DNA of 64,000 nt from a virus: positions 64,001 to 128,000 of IMG/VR virus record IMGVR_UViG_3300037042_003932, one strand, 5' to 3'. Within the stretch, counting starts at the first letter, position 1. The number at the start of each line of letters is the position of its first letter. The translations under genes and the position numbers were made by a program. The notes beneath the pieces were generated by a model that was not told the origin of the DNA, did no database searches, and was given only the letters and a program-made list of their open reading frames with translations. Positions 1-10,952 of the stretch are shown piece after piece.

Positions 1-1
1 C

Positions 2-1018
2 ACCACGGGCGTAGAGCCTGCCATGGGCCTTGTCGCGTACAAGGACATGGTCGGTGGCGGAACAATGAAAATCACAGTGGATGCCGTCCCCGAATCCCTC
101 ATGACCTTGGGGTACTCCACGCTGTCCATTCCCAAAATCATGCAGTACATCAGTGACAACGGCTACGTAGAAGGGTGCCCCGACTTCAAGGAGGAACACC
201 TGAACGTATTCGACTGCGCATTCTCGGCCAAAACACGCATGGTGTCCGTGGAAGGACACATCAACATGTGTGCAGCTGTTCAACCGTTCTTGTCTGGAGC
301 CATCTCCAAGACCTTCAACATGCCAAAGACAGCAACGGTAGACGAAGTCAAACGGGCCTATGTGATGGCGTGGGAACGCGGGCTCAAGGGTGTGGCCATC
401 TACCGGCAAGGTTCCAAGTTCAGCGAACCCATGCGAGCCCGTGAAGTACTAGAGTCTATCGAAGAAACAAAATCGATTGTTCCTAGCCGACGCAGTCTCC
501 CCACTACGGTTGTGGGAATACGCCACGCGTTCACGGTAGGAGCACACAAGATCTACCTGCACTGTGACTTGGACCCCGAGACGAGTGAAGTCGCTGAGAT
601 ATTCATCCGTGCCGGTGGCTTTGGGTCCACAGTCGGAGGTCTACTCGACACGTACGCGACGTTGTTCTCGAAGTCCTTGCAGTACGGGATACCCCTCGAT
701 GTTTGCCTGAAGCACATGGAAGGATCTAACTTCCCACCAGCTGGAATTACGTCCAACCGAAACATCCCAATGGTCAAGTCCATCATGGACTACATAGCCC
801 GATGGATGAAACAGGAGTTCATCGACAAGAGAACATCCCCGATGGTTCTGGCCCACCCCGATACGGAGAACGGCGTCTCCTACGTTCCACACGCAGACGA
901 CGCAGAAGTATCGAATCTCGGAGAGGACACCTGCCCCAAGTGCGGACACCTTATGGTTAGGACAGGCTCTTGTACGATGTGCAAGAACTGCTCGCACAAC
1001 TCAGGCGTCTGCGGCTGA
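2..1018 (+). CDS. nrdJ: Class II (B12-dependent) ribonucleotide reductase, C-terminal part with TSCPD-type domain and Zn ribbon; 5'-truncated by the window edge
   Basis: The frame is open from base 2 (TTGVEPAM, the conserved TTGIEP motif). It also has HINMCAAVQPFLSGAISKTFNMP, GLKGVAIYRQGSK, the TSCPD-like SIMDYIARW, a CPKCG..CTMCKNC Zn ribbon and a terminal Cys. Confidence 0.93.
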   Translation, partial: TTGVEPAMGLVAYKDMVGGGTMKITVDAVPESLMTLGYSTLSIPKIMQYISDNGYVEGCPDFKEEHLNVFDCAFSAKTRMVSVEGHINMCAAVQPFLSGAISKTFNMPKTATVDEVKRAYVMAWERGLKGVAIYRQGSKFSEPMRAREVLESIEETKSIVPSRRSLPTTVVGIRHAFTVGAHKIYLHCDLDPETSEVAEIFIRAGGFGSTVGGLLDTYATLFSKSLQYGIPLDVCLKHMEGSNFPPAGITSNRNIPMVKSIMDYIARWMKQEFIDKRTSPMVLAHPDTENGVSYVPHADDAEVSNLGEDTCPKCGHLMVRTGSCTMCKNCSHNSGVCG

Positions 1019-1045
1019 CGTTACACGGTAAAGAAGGAGAACCCC

Positions 1046-1510
1046 ATGCCCTTAGCAAACACTACGCAGTTTATCAAAGACCTAATCGCAAATGACGCCC
1101 TGAACTTTGCGACGGTCGAAGAAGCTGCGGCAGCGTTTGCTAAGGCATTTTCCTCTTATTTTGGTAACGTGTCTGCGCCTCCACTCAGCTTATTAAGTAA
1201 CCTGGACCCCGGAGCTGTAGCGAAGCTGACCACAGGACTAATTCCCGCGTTCAACGCGACGGACCCTGCGTCAGTTTGCGCAGGGATACAAGCCGCTATT
1301 CTCGCCTACATGAACCCCCCAACACTCATGTTTGGACCAGCGGCAAGCGCTGCGGCATCCACAGCACCCCTGGCCAGTACGCTAGCGTCTGCGATGACTG
1401 TAGTTCAAGATGACTCAGCTACTGCTAAGACGATCCTCGCTACTCAGCTTTCTTTGTGGTTACAGACGACGACGGTGACGATTGGGACGGTGGTTACGGC
1501 GCTGGTTTAG
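1046..1510 (+). CDS. Hypothetical Ala-rich protein, possibly virion-associated
   Basis: Strong RBS AAGGAG; 154 aa; its stop overlaps the convergent fibre gene stop by 4 nt. Confidence 0.7.
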   Translation: MPLANTTQFIKDLIANDALNFATVEEAAAAFAKAFSSYFGNVSAPPLSLLSNLDPGAVAKLTTGLIPAFNATDPASVCAGIQAAILAYMNPPTLMFGPAASAAASTAPLASTLASAMTVVQDDSATAKTILATQLSLWLQTTTVTIGTVVTALV

Positions 1511-4500
1511 AGGGTGATTCCGCTGACGTTACAGCGGTCCCACATAAAGCCGAGGGTTCTGAGGTTAACGCGGAAAGTGTCCGGGTTGGTCACGTGGTAT
1601 TTCACACCTACGCGAACGATGCCAACCGCTGCAGCAGTGAGATCTGTTGCTGCTACAGGGTACATAACAACGTCATCGTAGTTTGCGCTGGCGTGCGTGG
1701 ACCCGTGAGTCATGAGAGACCGCGTAAAGAGAGAATTGCTGTAGTAAGCCGATGGAGGAGAACTTCCGTCTATCGGGTCAAACACCACGTCATAGTCCTC
1801 GTGGATCACAGGAGATACCACGTCAACTATTCTAGGTGGAGCAACCAAAGTGGACGTATACACTCCGACGTCGTCGAAGACACCGTAGTTGTTATGCAGC
1901 AAGAAGACTTCGGCTGAGTGGCCCGTTGTCTCCAAGTGTGCATACATACCAACTCCAAGGATCGCCATCGTCGTAATAGCAGCCGGAACTCCTGGCAGCG
2001 CAAGGTCTAGACCGTATTTAGCGTTGTAGTGAGTATGCGGTAAGTAGATCTTCTCCATATCTACGGTTCCACTCGTACCTGTGTGATTAAGGGTAAAGAA
2101 CTTATGGTCAATGTAATCAGACCACGTGACCGGCGAACCATAGTCTCCAAGACGTGCTTGGTGGTACATCCAGACATTACCACCCATGTGCATGATACCT
2201 GCAAATCGAATCTGACCAGCAAGGTTACCTTGGTAGGACCAAACAAGATTTATGAGCGTGTAATCATGTTGGTCAAACGTGGATTCCGCATTGGCACTCG
2301 GCAACATGTATTGCGTGTGACCCGGAACACCAAGACCAAGATTGTACTGGGGCAACGGACCAACGCGGTAAACGCCGTCTACTCGCAGCCACAACCCGTA
2401 CCACTTCATGTCGTCAGCAGCAGCAGGCAGAGCCGTACCCGGTAGGAAGTAGTTGTTAACCACACTAGTCATAGTGCGGATCTCTGGAATCGTGACGATC
2501 TTACCCGCTACAATCGCCCGGCCACCCATGACACCAATAGCATCAACAGGGTACTGGCCTGAGGAGTATTCCACACCTCCGTAACTGACTAGAGGCGCAG
2601 GAACCGTAGCGAAACCCTCGAGGACCCTGTTGAAGTATGCGTGCTTATGTGCGCCCAGAATATTGGTGGTAACTGCTACGAGAGTCGGAGCGGGGTGAAT
2701 CGCCATAGCGGCCCCGGTAGTTATGGCCTCGTGAGTAGGCGTATACGACATCGTAGAGACAGTAGTCACTATGTTAGTGGCCGTAATATACGCTGTAGTC
2801 GTGTTAAGCGTAAAAACAGTAGCCCATATCATACGCATATCCCCGGAATAAATGTCCCCAGACAAACTGTCAGCGAACCAGTTCGTGGGGAACAAATCGT
2901 ACCGAGTGTTGGCCGTAGCGTTATAGATCCTGCGAGACCCACGTACGTTAGCGTTCGCCTCGTGTCCTGTGGGAGAACCAACGGAGTCAATGTTAACGTA
3001 AACATTGCCCGTCCCAGTACCCGGCGTATGGATCACAAAATGGTCAACGTAATACTCAATATACCCACCCTGGATTGTGAGGTGAAAAACTTCGTTTTGA
3101 AAAAAGATCCCGTATCTTGAAATCGTGTTCCAACCAACTTGAGCGTCAGCTGGTCGAAGATTGCTTATGTGACCAGTACGCCAAACAAGTTGGACTCCAT
3201 ACGTTAAAAACGTAAAAGTAGGATCATACGTGTATATAGTATCCCCAAATACCCACTCACCCTCAACTAGCTCCGATGCGTCCAACGACGCTTTGTCGTT
3301 AATGAACGTTTGGAGCAACACGAGAGTTGCTTGGAGCGTACCAGCAGCAATGTCGAAAGTGTCGTAAGACTTATGACCACCTGCATGGGTATTCGCAGAA
3401 ACACCAATGAGAGTTGCTCCCGAAGGTGCTGTGACGCTGTTGAACGTCTGTGTAGTGTACCCATTCATCCCGAAGTAAACGGTACCCCACTCATCTCCAC
3501 GTACGAGCGTGCCGTCAATGAAGAGCAAGTCATCACCTAAGCGTCGACAGATCGGAATAGAAAGAGGCAAACGATCTGGGTGCGCGTCAGCCAAGAACAA
3601 CTGACCCGGCAAACTGACCGTCGAAGTACCCGAGGACTCCGTGGCTTGCCTGCGTCCGCTGTACGTGACGCCGTCAGGGTTCACAAGCCACTCATACGCC
3701 AGGCAGAGCGTGTCACCACTCAAGAGACTTTCAGTGGCGAAAAACGCCGCGAAGGTCGAAGCGGGGATGTGGTGCAACTCGCGGTCGTAAGTCGCGGCAA
3801 AGTCATAGAAGGGGTTCGCGATACCATCTACCAAGATATCCCCGAGCAGCACATACCCTGAACCAGAAGTAACATGGGTGAAACCACCCGCTCCTGCCAG
3901 AGTATTCAACGCTGTGGTCACGTCCCCAATAGTCGTTGTTCCGTCGTCACACAGCGTGATGACCAACGTTGGGTACGGTTCAAACAACGTCTCAGCCGTG
4001 ACCCGCAAGGGCAACGTACTGGGGTCAGCTTCCTGCCACCGAATAGAGAGCTTGTGTCCCTCTTGGAATCGGTACAGGTCGGTGCTCAACGTAATGGACC
4101 AGTTCGCCGCTTTTACGTAGGTGATCGAGCCCTTCTTGTCCGTCTTGGGACCCGCGATGGGCTGGAGAACGATGTCCGCAGAAATAGTGAATTCGTTATT
4201 AGCGGGCACCCATGTGACAGAAGGTTGGCCATGGCCTGAAACGAGACCAGCAGCTGTTCCTCCAGTGATGATCCACCGCATGTCGGTATCTTGAAGATAC
4301 TTCTGCGTCGCAGTCTCGACCTTCAGCGTCTCTGTTCTTTTGCGAAGGTTCTCAAGTGGCCTGTTGAACACAACAGCACGGACGCGCTCTCCCGGGCTAA
4401 ATACCTTTGTAGCCGCAATTCCCGCTGCCGCGTCGGGATAAATGGTTCCTGGGTTACCTGAGTCGTTGGTACCGGTACCATCACCAACTTTGAAATCAAC

Positions 4501-4515
4501 ATCTTGAGTTGCCAT
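1507..4515 (-). CDS. Tail fibre / baseplate-attached structural protein (1002 aa)
   Basis: Last gene of the tail operon; N-terminal FNRPLENLRKRTETLK resembles the 'NRxxxxLxxRT' fibre attachment motif; Gly/Thr-rich beta sequence; RBS GAGG. Confidence 0.7.
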   Translation of the reverse strand: MATQDVDFKVGDGTGTNDSGNPGTIYPDAAAGIAATKVFSPGERVRAVVFNRPLENLRKRTETLKVETATQKYLQDTDMRWIITGGTAAGLVSGHGQPSVTWVPANNEFTISADIVLQPIAGPKTDKKGSITYVKAANWSITLSTDLYRFQEGHKLSIRWQEADPSTLPLRVTAETLFEPYPTLVITLCDDGTTTIGDVTTALNTLAGAGGFTHVTSGSGYVLLGDILVDGIANPFYDFAATYDRELHHIPASTFAAFFATESLLSGDTLCLAYEWLVNPDGVTYSGRRQATESSGTSTVSLPGQLFLADAHPDRLPLSIPICRRLGDDLLFIDGTLVRGDEWGTVYFGMNGYTTQTFNSVTAPSGATLIGVSANTHAGGHKSYDTFDIAAGTLQATLVLLQTFINDKASLDASELVEGEWVFGDTIYTYDPTFTFLTYGVQLVWRTGHISNLRPADAQVGWNTISRYGIFFQNEVFHLTIQGGYIEYYVDHFVIHTPGTGTGNVYVNIDSVGSPTGHEANANVRGSRRIYNATANTRYDLFPTNWFADSLSGDIYSGDMRMIWATVFTLNTTTAYITATNIVTTVSTMSYTPTHEAITTGAAMAIHPAPTLVAVTTNILGAHKHAYFNRVLEGFATVPAPLVSYGGVEYSSGQYPVDAIGVMGGRAIVAGKIVTIPEIRTMTSVVNNYFLPGTALPAAADDMKWYGLWLRVDGVYRVGPLPQYNLGLGVPGHTQYMLPSANAESTFDQHDYTLINLVWSYQGNLAGQIRFAGIMHMGGNVWMYHQARLGDYGSPVTWSDYIDHKFFTLNHTGTSGTVDMEKIYLPHTHYNAKYGLDLALPGVPAAITTMAILGVGMYAHLETTGHSAEVFLLHNNYGVFDDVGVYTSTLVAPPRIVDVVSPVIHEDYDVVFDPIDGSSPPSAYYSNSLFTRSLMTHGSTHASANYDDVVMYPVAATDLTAAAVGIVRVGVKYHVTNPDTFRVNLRTLGFMWDRCNVSGITL

Positions 4516-4536
4516 TTGTTATCTTCCTCACTGTTA

Positions 4537-5109
4537 TCAGGCGGAAACAGTCATCCCTAGAGTCCACTCATAAACCACACGCATAGTCGTCGCTTTGACG
4601 AAAGCCGGGTACGTTTGGCGTGCATACATTCTGCGAAAGGGGATTGATTCCCAAGTGGTGTATACACCGTCAATCTCATCTTGAGAACCACGGGTAAATA
4701 GCCCTGCTTCCGCCAACTCAATATTGTCGGCGATACCTGCGGGTACTTCCGCAATTATCCGCACTTCAAACGCCTCTTCCACCTTCACCCGCTCAGAAGC
4801 TCGGTCTAACTTTTTTGTGTATACTGAGTTAAGAAGCGCGTAATCCGTGGCAGTAGCCGGGACAACGCCATCACCAATGCTCAAGGACCAAATTTGGTTA
4901 TACTCTGGGTACATCTGAGCGGTGACTGGTGTCGTTGGTGTTATCTGAGCGAGCAAATCGAGCACGACAATCCTGCCGTGGTTTGTCACCTGATTTTTCT
5001 TTACGGAGTGATACACTCGCTTTCCAGAAATAGTGTCATACGCACTCACTGACAATACTCCGTAAAGCTTACCTACGTCGGCGTGACCGTAACCGTTTAT
5101 CTTGTGCAT
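4537..5109 (-). CDS. Tail fibre/baseplate attachment protein (phage tail-collar fibre N-terminal-like)
   Basis: KNQVTNHGR..SIGDG..ELAEAGLF..K...VYEWTL pattern. Start moved to ATG 5109, which has an RBS GAGG. Confidence 0.7.
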   Translation of the reverse strand: MHKINGYGHADVGKLYGVLSVSAYDTISGKRVYHSVKKNQVTNHGRIVVLDLLAQITPTTPVTAQMYPEYNQIWSLSIGDGVVPATATDYALLNSVYTKKLDRASERVKVEEAFEVRIIAEVPAGIADNIELAEAGLFTRGSQDEIDGVYTTWESIPFRRMYARQTYPAFVKATTMRVVYEWTLGMTVSA

Positions 5110-5116
5110 TGTTTCC

Positions 5117-8100
5117 TCACGGGTAAATATACGAGACTCCAGCAGGATAGTTCGAGTCAATGGTAATGCCAAGAGCACGCTCAACGAATTCTGTACGTGT
5201 ATACGGCGTTGGCAACGTTACCCTAACATACCCAGGCTCCAGACCGTCCAACATTAACGGCGTAAACCCTAGAGTCGTATCCGGCTGGGGTCCGCTGCCC
5301 TCATTAAGGATTACGACAGTTCTAGCCGTGAACGTGATGTCTGCGGCGACGTCCCACGTAGTAATCGGGGTAACGAGGCCATGGTCGAGGGACTCTGGGT
5401 CGAGATCGATAGTGTAGTCTCGTCCTTCCAAAGCATCAATGCCCCCTACGGTTGCATGGATGGTACACTGAACAATTCTCTCACCCACGCCAACTCCCAA
5501 AACGAAAGGAGCAGCTGGAGGTGATGCCAGTACCTGAGATGTCCGGTCGTAGACCTGATACCTATAAAAATCATCGAGACAATAAGGCTGATCCAAGTAC
5601 AGACCACAGTCTGGGAATTGAATCCCGTCTAACCCCGAGAAGTCATACCCGAAATCCAACTGGAGAGTATCCCACAGCTCTTGGGAATCGATGAAGATAT
5701 CTCCGGACTCAACGTACGGATACGTGTACGAAGGTTTGACAATCAGAATGATATTAGCCAAATCATCCTGGAACTCCTGCGTCATCTCAACGTTAGGATC
5801 AATAGAGATAAAGAACATATGAAATTTCAAGTACTGGTCCATCAAACAGAAAGCAGCTCCGTGCCTAAAAATATCAACCTCGGTCGAACCTAAGCCATCT
5901 GTGGGTGTGAGAACCATCCCGGTATCGTCTGCGTCCAAGAACAAACCTGGGTCATCGATACACGAAAAGTCTTCAGAATCTAGAATACTTGCGTACAACC
6001 TGGTCGTAGCGAATCTTCGGTCTGGACCAGCGTTAGGCCAAAGAATACTTGGGATGTACTTGTTGTTCCACCACTCAGGGTCTTCCACGTAATCCGTAAC
6101 GGTAAACGCTGTCGTAAGAATCTCGAAAGCTTCAAACGACAATTTGTTATAGTTTGAAGGGTCCTCAAGGTCCGCACGAACAGGGATATTAAATGGATAC
6201 GAATAGGTCCGTGTGATTCCGAGGGTGTTCACCGTAGACACCACTTTTGCGTAGTCCCACGAGACTATCCAAGCCAACGAGGATTCCGACACCATTGGGA
6301 ACTCTGATGATAGCACCAGCGTATGCGCGTCCGTCACGCTCGATATTTGATACTTACCGTCATTTGCGTCGTTGCCTGTGTTGGAGAAAACAATCCATCC
6401 ACCTACATCAGCAGAGGAAAACGACGCAGACGCCGACGTAAATATTTTCGAGGTACCCACAGCCGTAAGCACACCGTCAGAGCCTGACGCGTTGACCCCG
6501 TTGCTATACCCCGTAAATACTTCACCGTCGCTTCGGATGACCGGGTAGCCCGCAGCCACGTTCAAGGCCGCTTCCACGATGTAGAGCTTCGGTCCAGAGG
6601 TGTACAAGTACATCACACCGCGCAAAAAGTTCTTGTACGTTTCGGACGAAGCTGCAAATCGGTTCAGCAAGTACCCATAATTGTTGTACAAATCAAAACG
6701 ATCAACCAACACCTCCGGAACCCAGAGGCTTAGTTCTCGAACGTTGTTGGAAGCTAGCTCCTCAGTCCTACCACCTGCGGATAAAAAGACCTCAGTCATG
6801 TACTCATATGAACAGAAACGTATCAGGGATGACGGACTCCAGTACGGAATACTCAACTGTCGAATGTATGTCCAATGGATATCAGCCTCCGACGTCACAC
6901 CCGTAAGTGTAACACCCGCAGAGTCCACGAGGGTTAACCCGTAAAAAGTAGGGGCCGAGGCATCAATAGCTGTAATGGTGTACTCACCGAGTGGATAGAG
7001 AACGGATTCTGTAATTTGAATCTTTGAACCTATATCCGCTATCGGGTCTAGCTCGATACCTGTTGGAGCCCATGGGTACCTAGCCACCTGGAGTACATCA
7101 GTACTTGCGTTAAAAAATCCATACTCAGAGAAGGGGTTAACGTTATTCACGTACGGCAAGGGCTGTATGATTCCCTTGGTGTAGTTCACCGTGTAATCAA
7201 CACCTTCAGTAACAGGTCTACCATCGACTCTGGTCGCATACACCCTAACAGTTCCAGGGATCAAATGCTTCACACCTAGACTTGTTGCTCCATATGAGGG
7301 TGACGAACCATCGTAATTTTGGATTAGGTTCGAGCCTTCATAGTCGTAGTCTCTACGAATTACAGCGTAAACTAAAGGAGCCGAGTAACCTAGTGGAAAT
7401 GGAGTGTTGTAGTTACCGATGATATTCACACCGTCGAAATAATCGACCTCATACTGCTCTTCTTCCGCGTCAAAATAAATCGCTTTATAGTGCCTCCACC
7501 TAAGGTCAGCAGCCGACGTCGCTGTCGGAAGGTTGAACAGCAAGTTGCCGATAGCATTAGGGAGGTAGACGGTAGTGTTCACAGACAAGTGTTGTCTGTC
7601 GACCAGATAAAAACCAACATACGCTGGGTTAGATGGAGACGCGTACACCTCGATGATGTCCCCAACGTGCGTATCGTCAAACATAGTGGTGGACACGTCC
7701 CCTACAAAGGCAACGTCACCAGTAACAACAAACTGTCCGGTGTTACCTTCCTGAACTAGGGGGCCACGGTAGGCCAATATATTGAGTGTATCACCCTTTC
7801 GTACTGCTGTGTCCTGCTCCCAATTACCTGTGGTGAAGCCAGAATCAACAAGCCTATTGCCTACTTGGATGTTCGTGTAACGCCACGCTACACCCGACAG
7901 GGGAACCTTGATTCCTAGGTTCGGGTCAACGACCTCGTTGAAGATATCCCGATTGAAGTAAACAAATCCGTCGTCATCTTTGAGAGTGAAATCGACGTCA
8001 TTCTCGAACGTAACGGAGGGGTCAAAGATAGAATTCTGCATGAGTACCAGCGATACTTCAGAACCTGGCATGTCATACTTGTACTTGTCGTCTATCTCGT

Positions 8101-8359
8101 ACTGACCCTCAACGAACGAGAGCTCATTCTCTTTGATGAGAAAGAGCTTCCAGTACTCTTTATTGAACACAGGCGTATCAACAAGCCCGGTGCTGAGAAC
8201 GCTCCCTAAGAGGTCAAGGTACACTTGCCCGAGGTACTGTTCCGAGGCTTTGTAGTACGCGTGCAGGTCCTTAGTGTCTCGAAAAAATTTCTGCCAGAAA
8301 CCTGACAAACCACCGAATAATGAGGAGTTATAGTCGTCGACTTCGAACGGTTGAGGCAT
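5117..8359 (-). CDS. Baseplate wedge-like structural protein (1080 aa)
   Basis: Follows the J-like gene; SETYKNFLRGVMYLYTSGP and IVKPSYT motifs are typical of wedge subunits; acidic composition. Confidence 0.65.
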   Translation of the reverse strand: MPQPFEVDDYNSSLFGGLSGFWQKFFRDTKDLHAYYKASEQYLGQVYLDLLGSVLSTGLVDTPVFNKEYWKLFLIKENELSFVEGQYEIDDKYKYDMPGSEVSLVLMQNSIFDPSVTFENDVDFTLKDDDGFVYFNRDIFNEVVDPNLGIKVPLSGVAWRYTNIQVGNRLVDSGFTTGNWEQDTAVRKGDTLNILAYRGPLVQEGNTGQFVVTGDVAFVGDVSTTMFDDTHVGDIIEVYASPSNPAYVGFYLVDRQHLSVNTTVYLPNAIGNLLFNLPTATSAADLRWRHYKAIYFDAEEEQYEVDYFDGVNIIGNYNTPFPLGYSAPLVYAVIRRDYDYEGSNLIQNYDGSSPSYGATSLGVKHLIPGTVRVYATRVDGRPVTEGVDYTVNYTKGIIQPLPYVNNVNPFSEYGFFNASTDVLQVARYPWAPTGIELDPIADIGSKIQITESVLYPLGEYTITAIDASAPTFYGLTLVDSAGVTLTGVTSEADIHWTYIRQLSIPYWSPSSLIRFCSYEYMTEVFLSAGGRTEELASNNVRELSLWVPEVLVDRFDLYNNYGYLLNRFAASSETYKNFLRGVMYLYTSGPKLYIVEAALNVAAGYPVIRSDGEVFTGYSNGVNASGSDGVLTAVGTSKIFTSASASFSSADVGGWIVFSNTGNDANDGKYQISSVTDAHTLVLSSEFPMVSESSLAWIVSWDYAKVVSTVNTLGITRTYSYPFNIPVRADLEDPSNYNKLSFEAFEILTTAFTVTDYVEDPEWWNNKYIPSILWPNAGPDRRFATTRLYASILDSEDFSCIDDPGLFLDADDTGMVLTPTDGLGSTEVDIFRHGAAFCLMDQYLKFHMFFISIDPNVEMTQEFQDDLANIILIVKPSYTYPYVESGDIFIDSQELWDTLQLDFGYDFSGLDGIQFPDCGLYLDQPYCLDDFYRYQVYDRTSQVLASPPAAPFVLGVGVGERIVQCTIHATVGGIDALEGRDYTIDLDPESLDHGLVTPITTWDVAADITFTARTVVILNEGSGPQPDTTLGFTPLMLDGLEPGYVRVTLPTPYTRTEFVERALGITIDSNYPAGVSYIYP

Positions 8360-8363
8360 CAGA

Positions 8364-10505
8364 TTAACTCCTCAGGTAGACAGTGATCAGTTCAGGGCGG
8401 CTCCGGTACACCACAGTTCTATCAGAGATTCCACTGTAGTTATAGAGCTCCAACAAATCATTGCCCGTGGAGATCGACGTGATTCCTTTACTCTGTAAAG
8501 CAGCGGGAACGACGATCTCGTCTCCGTTGGTAAGAGTAACCCCGTTCGTGTCAGTCACCAAGATGGATACGATGTCCGTGGTCGAAAACTCTGCTACCTG
8601 TCCATCAGGCAGGTTAAGAGCGTAAGTGATGTCAAAAGGAAACACAGTGCTAATCTGGTTGTAGTTGACACGCAACTCCGTCATCAGGTCAGACATGTCG
8701 AGGTAATCGTTAGCATCGAACGCGTTAATGAACGCTGAGATGCTCGATTGTATCTCTTCAAAAGACGACGAAGCCGCGACAGTTGGCTTGTACCGAACAG
8801 GAATCATCGCGGATATCCAGATGTTATGTCGGGCTCGCACTAGATGATTCGCAGCCAATACTCGATCCGAGATATTCTTTGTGTAGTTATGGACACTCAT
8901 GAAGCCTGGGAGCGTCTTGTAACGAACACGCAGATTCTTTTCGTTGAAGGCTGCTGATACTAACCCGGTGTCTGGGTCGTAATAGCCAACGTTTACGCCG
9001 ATGACCGCTTCAGCCGACTGACTCTTCTCTGGGTTAAGAACTGTCACCTGATACTGAGAAGTACCAACAACGGACCCCTGGATAGGTGGAAGATTCGTTC
9101 TGTTTTGGAACTTTATTGTTCCGCTCGTAGGGTCTTTAAACGGGTCAGAGCTATCCGGGTTTGTTAACTCGACACTCAAGATGTCGAGAATAGGATTCCC
9201 CGATAAATAAATCCCACCGGACGTTCGTAGTCGTCGAGAGGTTCCCGCTGTGACATATGACAAGGTAGGGTTCGCACTGACTGCTGCCGTACGCACAAAC
9301 GAATATGCTGGTAGATTGTCAAAGTTGACGTTGTCGAAGTAGGGAGACAGCCACCCAATGGAATACTCTACCGCATTCGTCGTGAGTTCATCTGACGCCT
9401 GCGTGAATGGCGTTGCTTCAGACACATGGAGCTCGTCGTCGAATACTCCATGGATGGTATAGCCACGCGGAGACCCTACGATCCCTGAGCGAATGTACAG
9501 CACATGACCAGGCTGAACACCGAGGTCTGTGAACTTCTTGCTCGTGCCGTCGTACGTAAGCTGCGGGTCGCGGAACACCATCGCTTTACCATCTGGTCGC
9601 GGGAAAAGACGGCCAATGGTTGCGTTCTCTTCTTTAACGCCCTCGGGCATCTCGATATACGTGTCGTAATGACCACCCACATGAAGTTCAATATGTTCCG
9701 CTACTTCCAGCCTCTTATCCCGAAGCATCTCAGGTTCACCCATACCAACAGTAAGGGTTGTCCAGATGTCAGGAAACTCATTCTGCAAAACGGTATCAAT
9801 GGACCGGTTGTTAATCAGATTCCTGACGGTCACTACGTTCTGAGCTCTCTCAATCAGGTCAGCAGTAGTCTCGACTACACTTCCGTCAGAACTACCGACC
9901 GAGTGATTCACATACGACAAGTAAGGGATTCCCGAAGGAGATTCCACACGAGTGAATCTGCCAGCAGACAGGTTGTAACTGTCGCCCGTACGAGCCGCTT
10001 TCAACGGGATATCCGCCACGTAGTCGATGAGACGACCCTTCGTGTCGTACACGGGCCGCATGCTGTCACTCGGTATGACCAGAGAGCCATCAACGATATC
10101 CAGGTAGAATACCAGAGATGGTGTACGCCAGAACTTGATGTCACTACGCAGCGTGACTGTCGCACGTTGCGTAAAGTGAATCTGCGCAGTCATCTTGGCA
10201 TGGGTTCCTGAGTTCCTAGAGACGAACCAATTCGACAGAATCTCATCGACCATCTGAGACACGTCGGGTGAATCCAGGTCACCATCGACGTCTGCTTCAT
10301 CTTGCACCTTCTTCAGCGATTGCATCTTCGACACGTGCGCGACTTCACCACGTAAAAAAGCAAAGATGTTCGCAAAGGCTTGAACCGCTAAATCGCGAAG
10401 GGCGCTTCCTGGCTGAAACGAACCTTCCGGAACAGCTTCTGTCAGGTATTCAGTGAGAAAGTTTTCAGCAGCAGTGACATCTTCGGTTGAGATATTAATA
10501 CGCAT
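8364..10505 (-). CDS. Baseplate J/gp6-like wedge protein
   Basis: PGSALRDL, A...G.SYNLSAG, DGSVVETTADLIERAQ (the G.D.ET..EL..R motif) and GGHYDTYI; lies directly after the gp25-like gene. Confidence 0.8.
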   Translation of the reverse strand: MRINISTEDVTAAENFLTEYLTEAVPEGSFQPGSALRDLAVQAFANIFAFLRGEVAHVSKMQSLKKVQDEADVDGDLDSPDVSQMVDEILSNWFVSRNSGTHAKMTAQIHFTQRATVTLRSDIKFWRTPSLVFYLDIVDGSLVIPSDSMRPVYDTKGRLIDYVADIPLKAARTGDSYNLSAGRFTRVESPSGIPYLSYVNHSVGSSDGSVVETTADLIERAQNVVTVRNLINNRSIDTVLQNEFPDIWTTLTVGMGEPEMLRDKRLEVAEHIELHVGGHYDTYIEMPEGVKEENATIGRLFPRPDGKAMVFRDPQLTYDGTSKKFTDLGVQPGHVLYIRSGIVGSPRGYTIHGVFDDELHVSEATPFTQASDELTTNAVEYSIGWLSPYFDNVNFDNLPAYSFVRTAAVSANPTLSYVTAGTSRRLRTSGGIYLSGNPILDILSVELTNPDSSDPFKDPTSGTIKFQNRTNLPPIQGSVVGTSQYQVTVLNPEKSQSAEAVIGVNVGYYDPDTGLVSAAFNEKNLRVRYKTLPGFMSVHNYTKNISDRVLAANHLVRARHNIWISAMIPVRYKPTVAASSSFEEIQSSISAFINAFDANDYLDMSDLMTELRVNYNQISTVFPFDITYALNLPDGQVAEFSTTDIVSILVTDTNGVTLTNGDEIVVPAALQSKGITSISTGNDLLELYNYSGISDRTVVYRSRPELITVYLRS

Positions 10506-10508
10506 TGG

Positions 10509-10949
10509 TTACCTGTCTGCCAATTCAACCAGTTTTACTGTTAGAGACTCATTCAGCTTATTCGAAATCTCAACCCAGATACTCACGGTAGACGACGAAG
10601 CATCATACGAAATAGACGTCAGCCTGGCATAACCCAAAGATTCATCTTCAGGATACCCACCGCCTGACTCTTGGTCCGCGAGTTGGTCGTTCGTGTCGTC
10701 TATAGCCAAGACAACAGCGTCTTCGATATCCGGGTTGTCCTGGTTTACGTTAACGCCAATTAGCGAGGCAAAAGAAGTCCCAGAATCCTGGTGCAATGGA
10801 TCGCTACCTACGGGGGTCATGAACGTCTTGATCCATCTATTCACAAGGGCTTGCAACCCCCAGACCTTTAGAGACGAAACAAAACCAAAGGTAAATGCCT
10901 TACCTCCGTACGTCTCATTTGCTGCCGTAGGCTGAAAATGGATGTCCAT
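10509..10949 (-). CDS. gp25/GPW-like baseplate wedge protein
   Basis: GLQALVNRWIKTFMTPVGSDPLHQDSGT matches the gp25 'L.T..G.....P..G' pattern; position upstream of the J-like gene. Confidence 0.75.
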   Translation of the reverse strand: MDIHFQPTAANETYGGKAFTFGFVSSLKVWGLQALVNRWIKTFMTPVGSDPLHQDSGTSFASLIGVNVNQDNPDIEDAVVLAIDDTNDQLADQESGGGYPEDESLGYARLTSISYDASSSTVSIWVEISNKLNESLTVKLVELADR

Positions 10950-10952
10950 CGA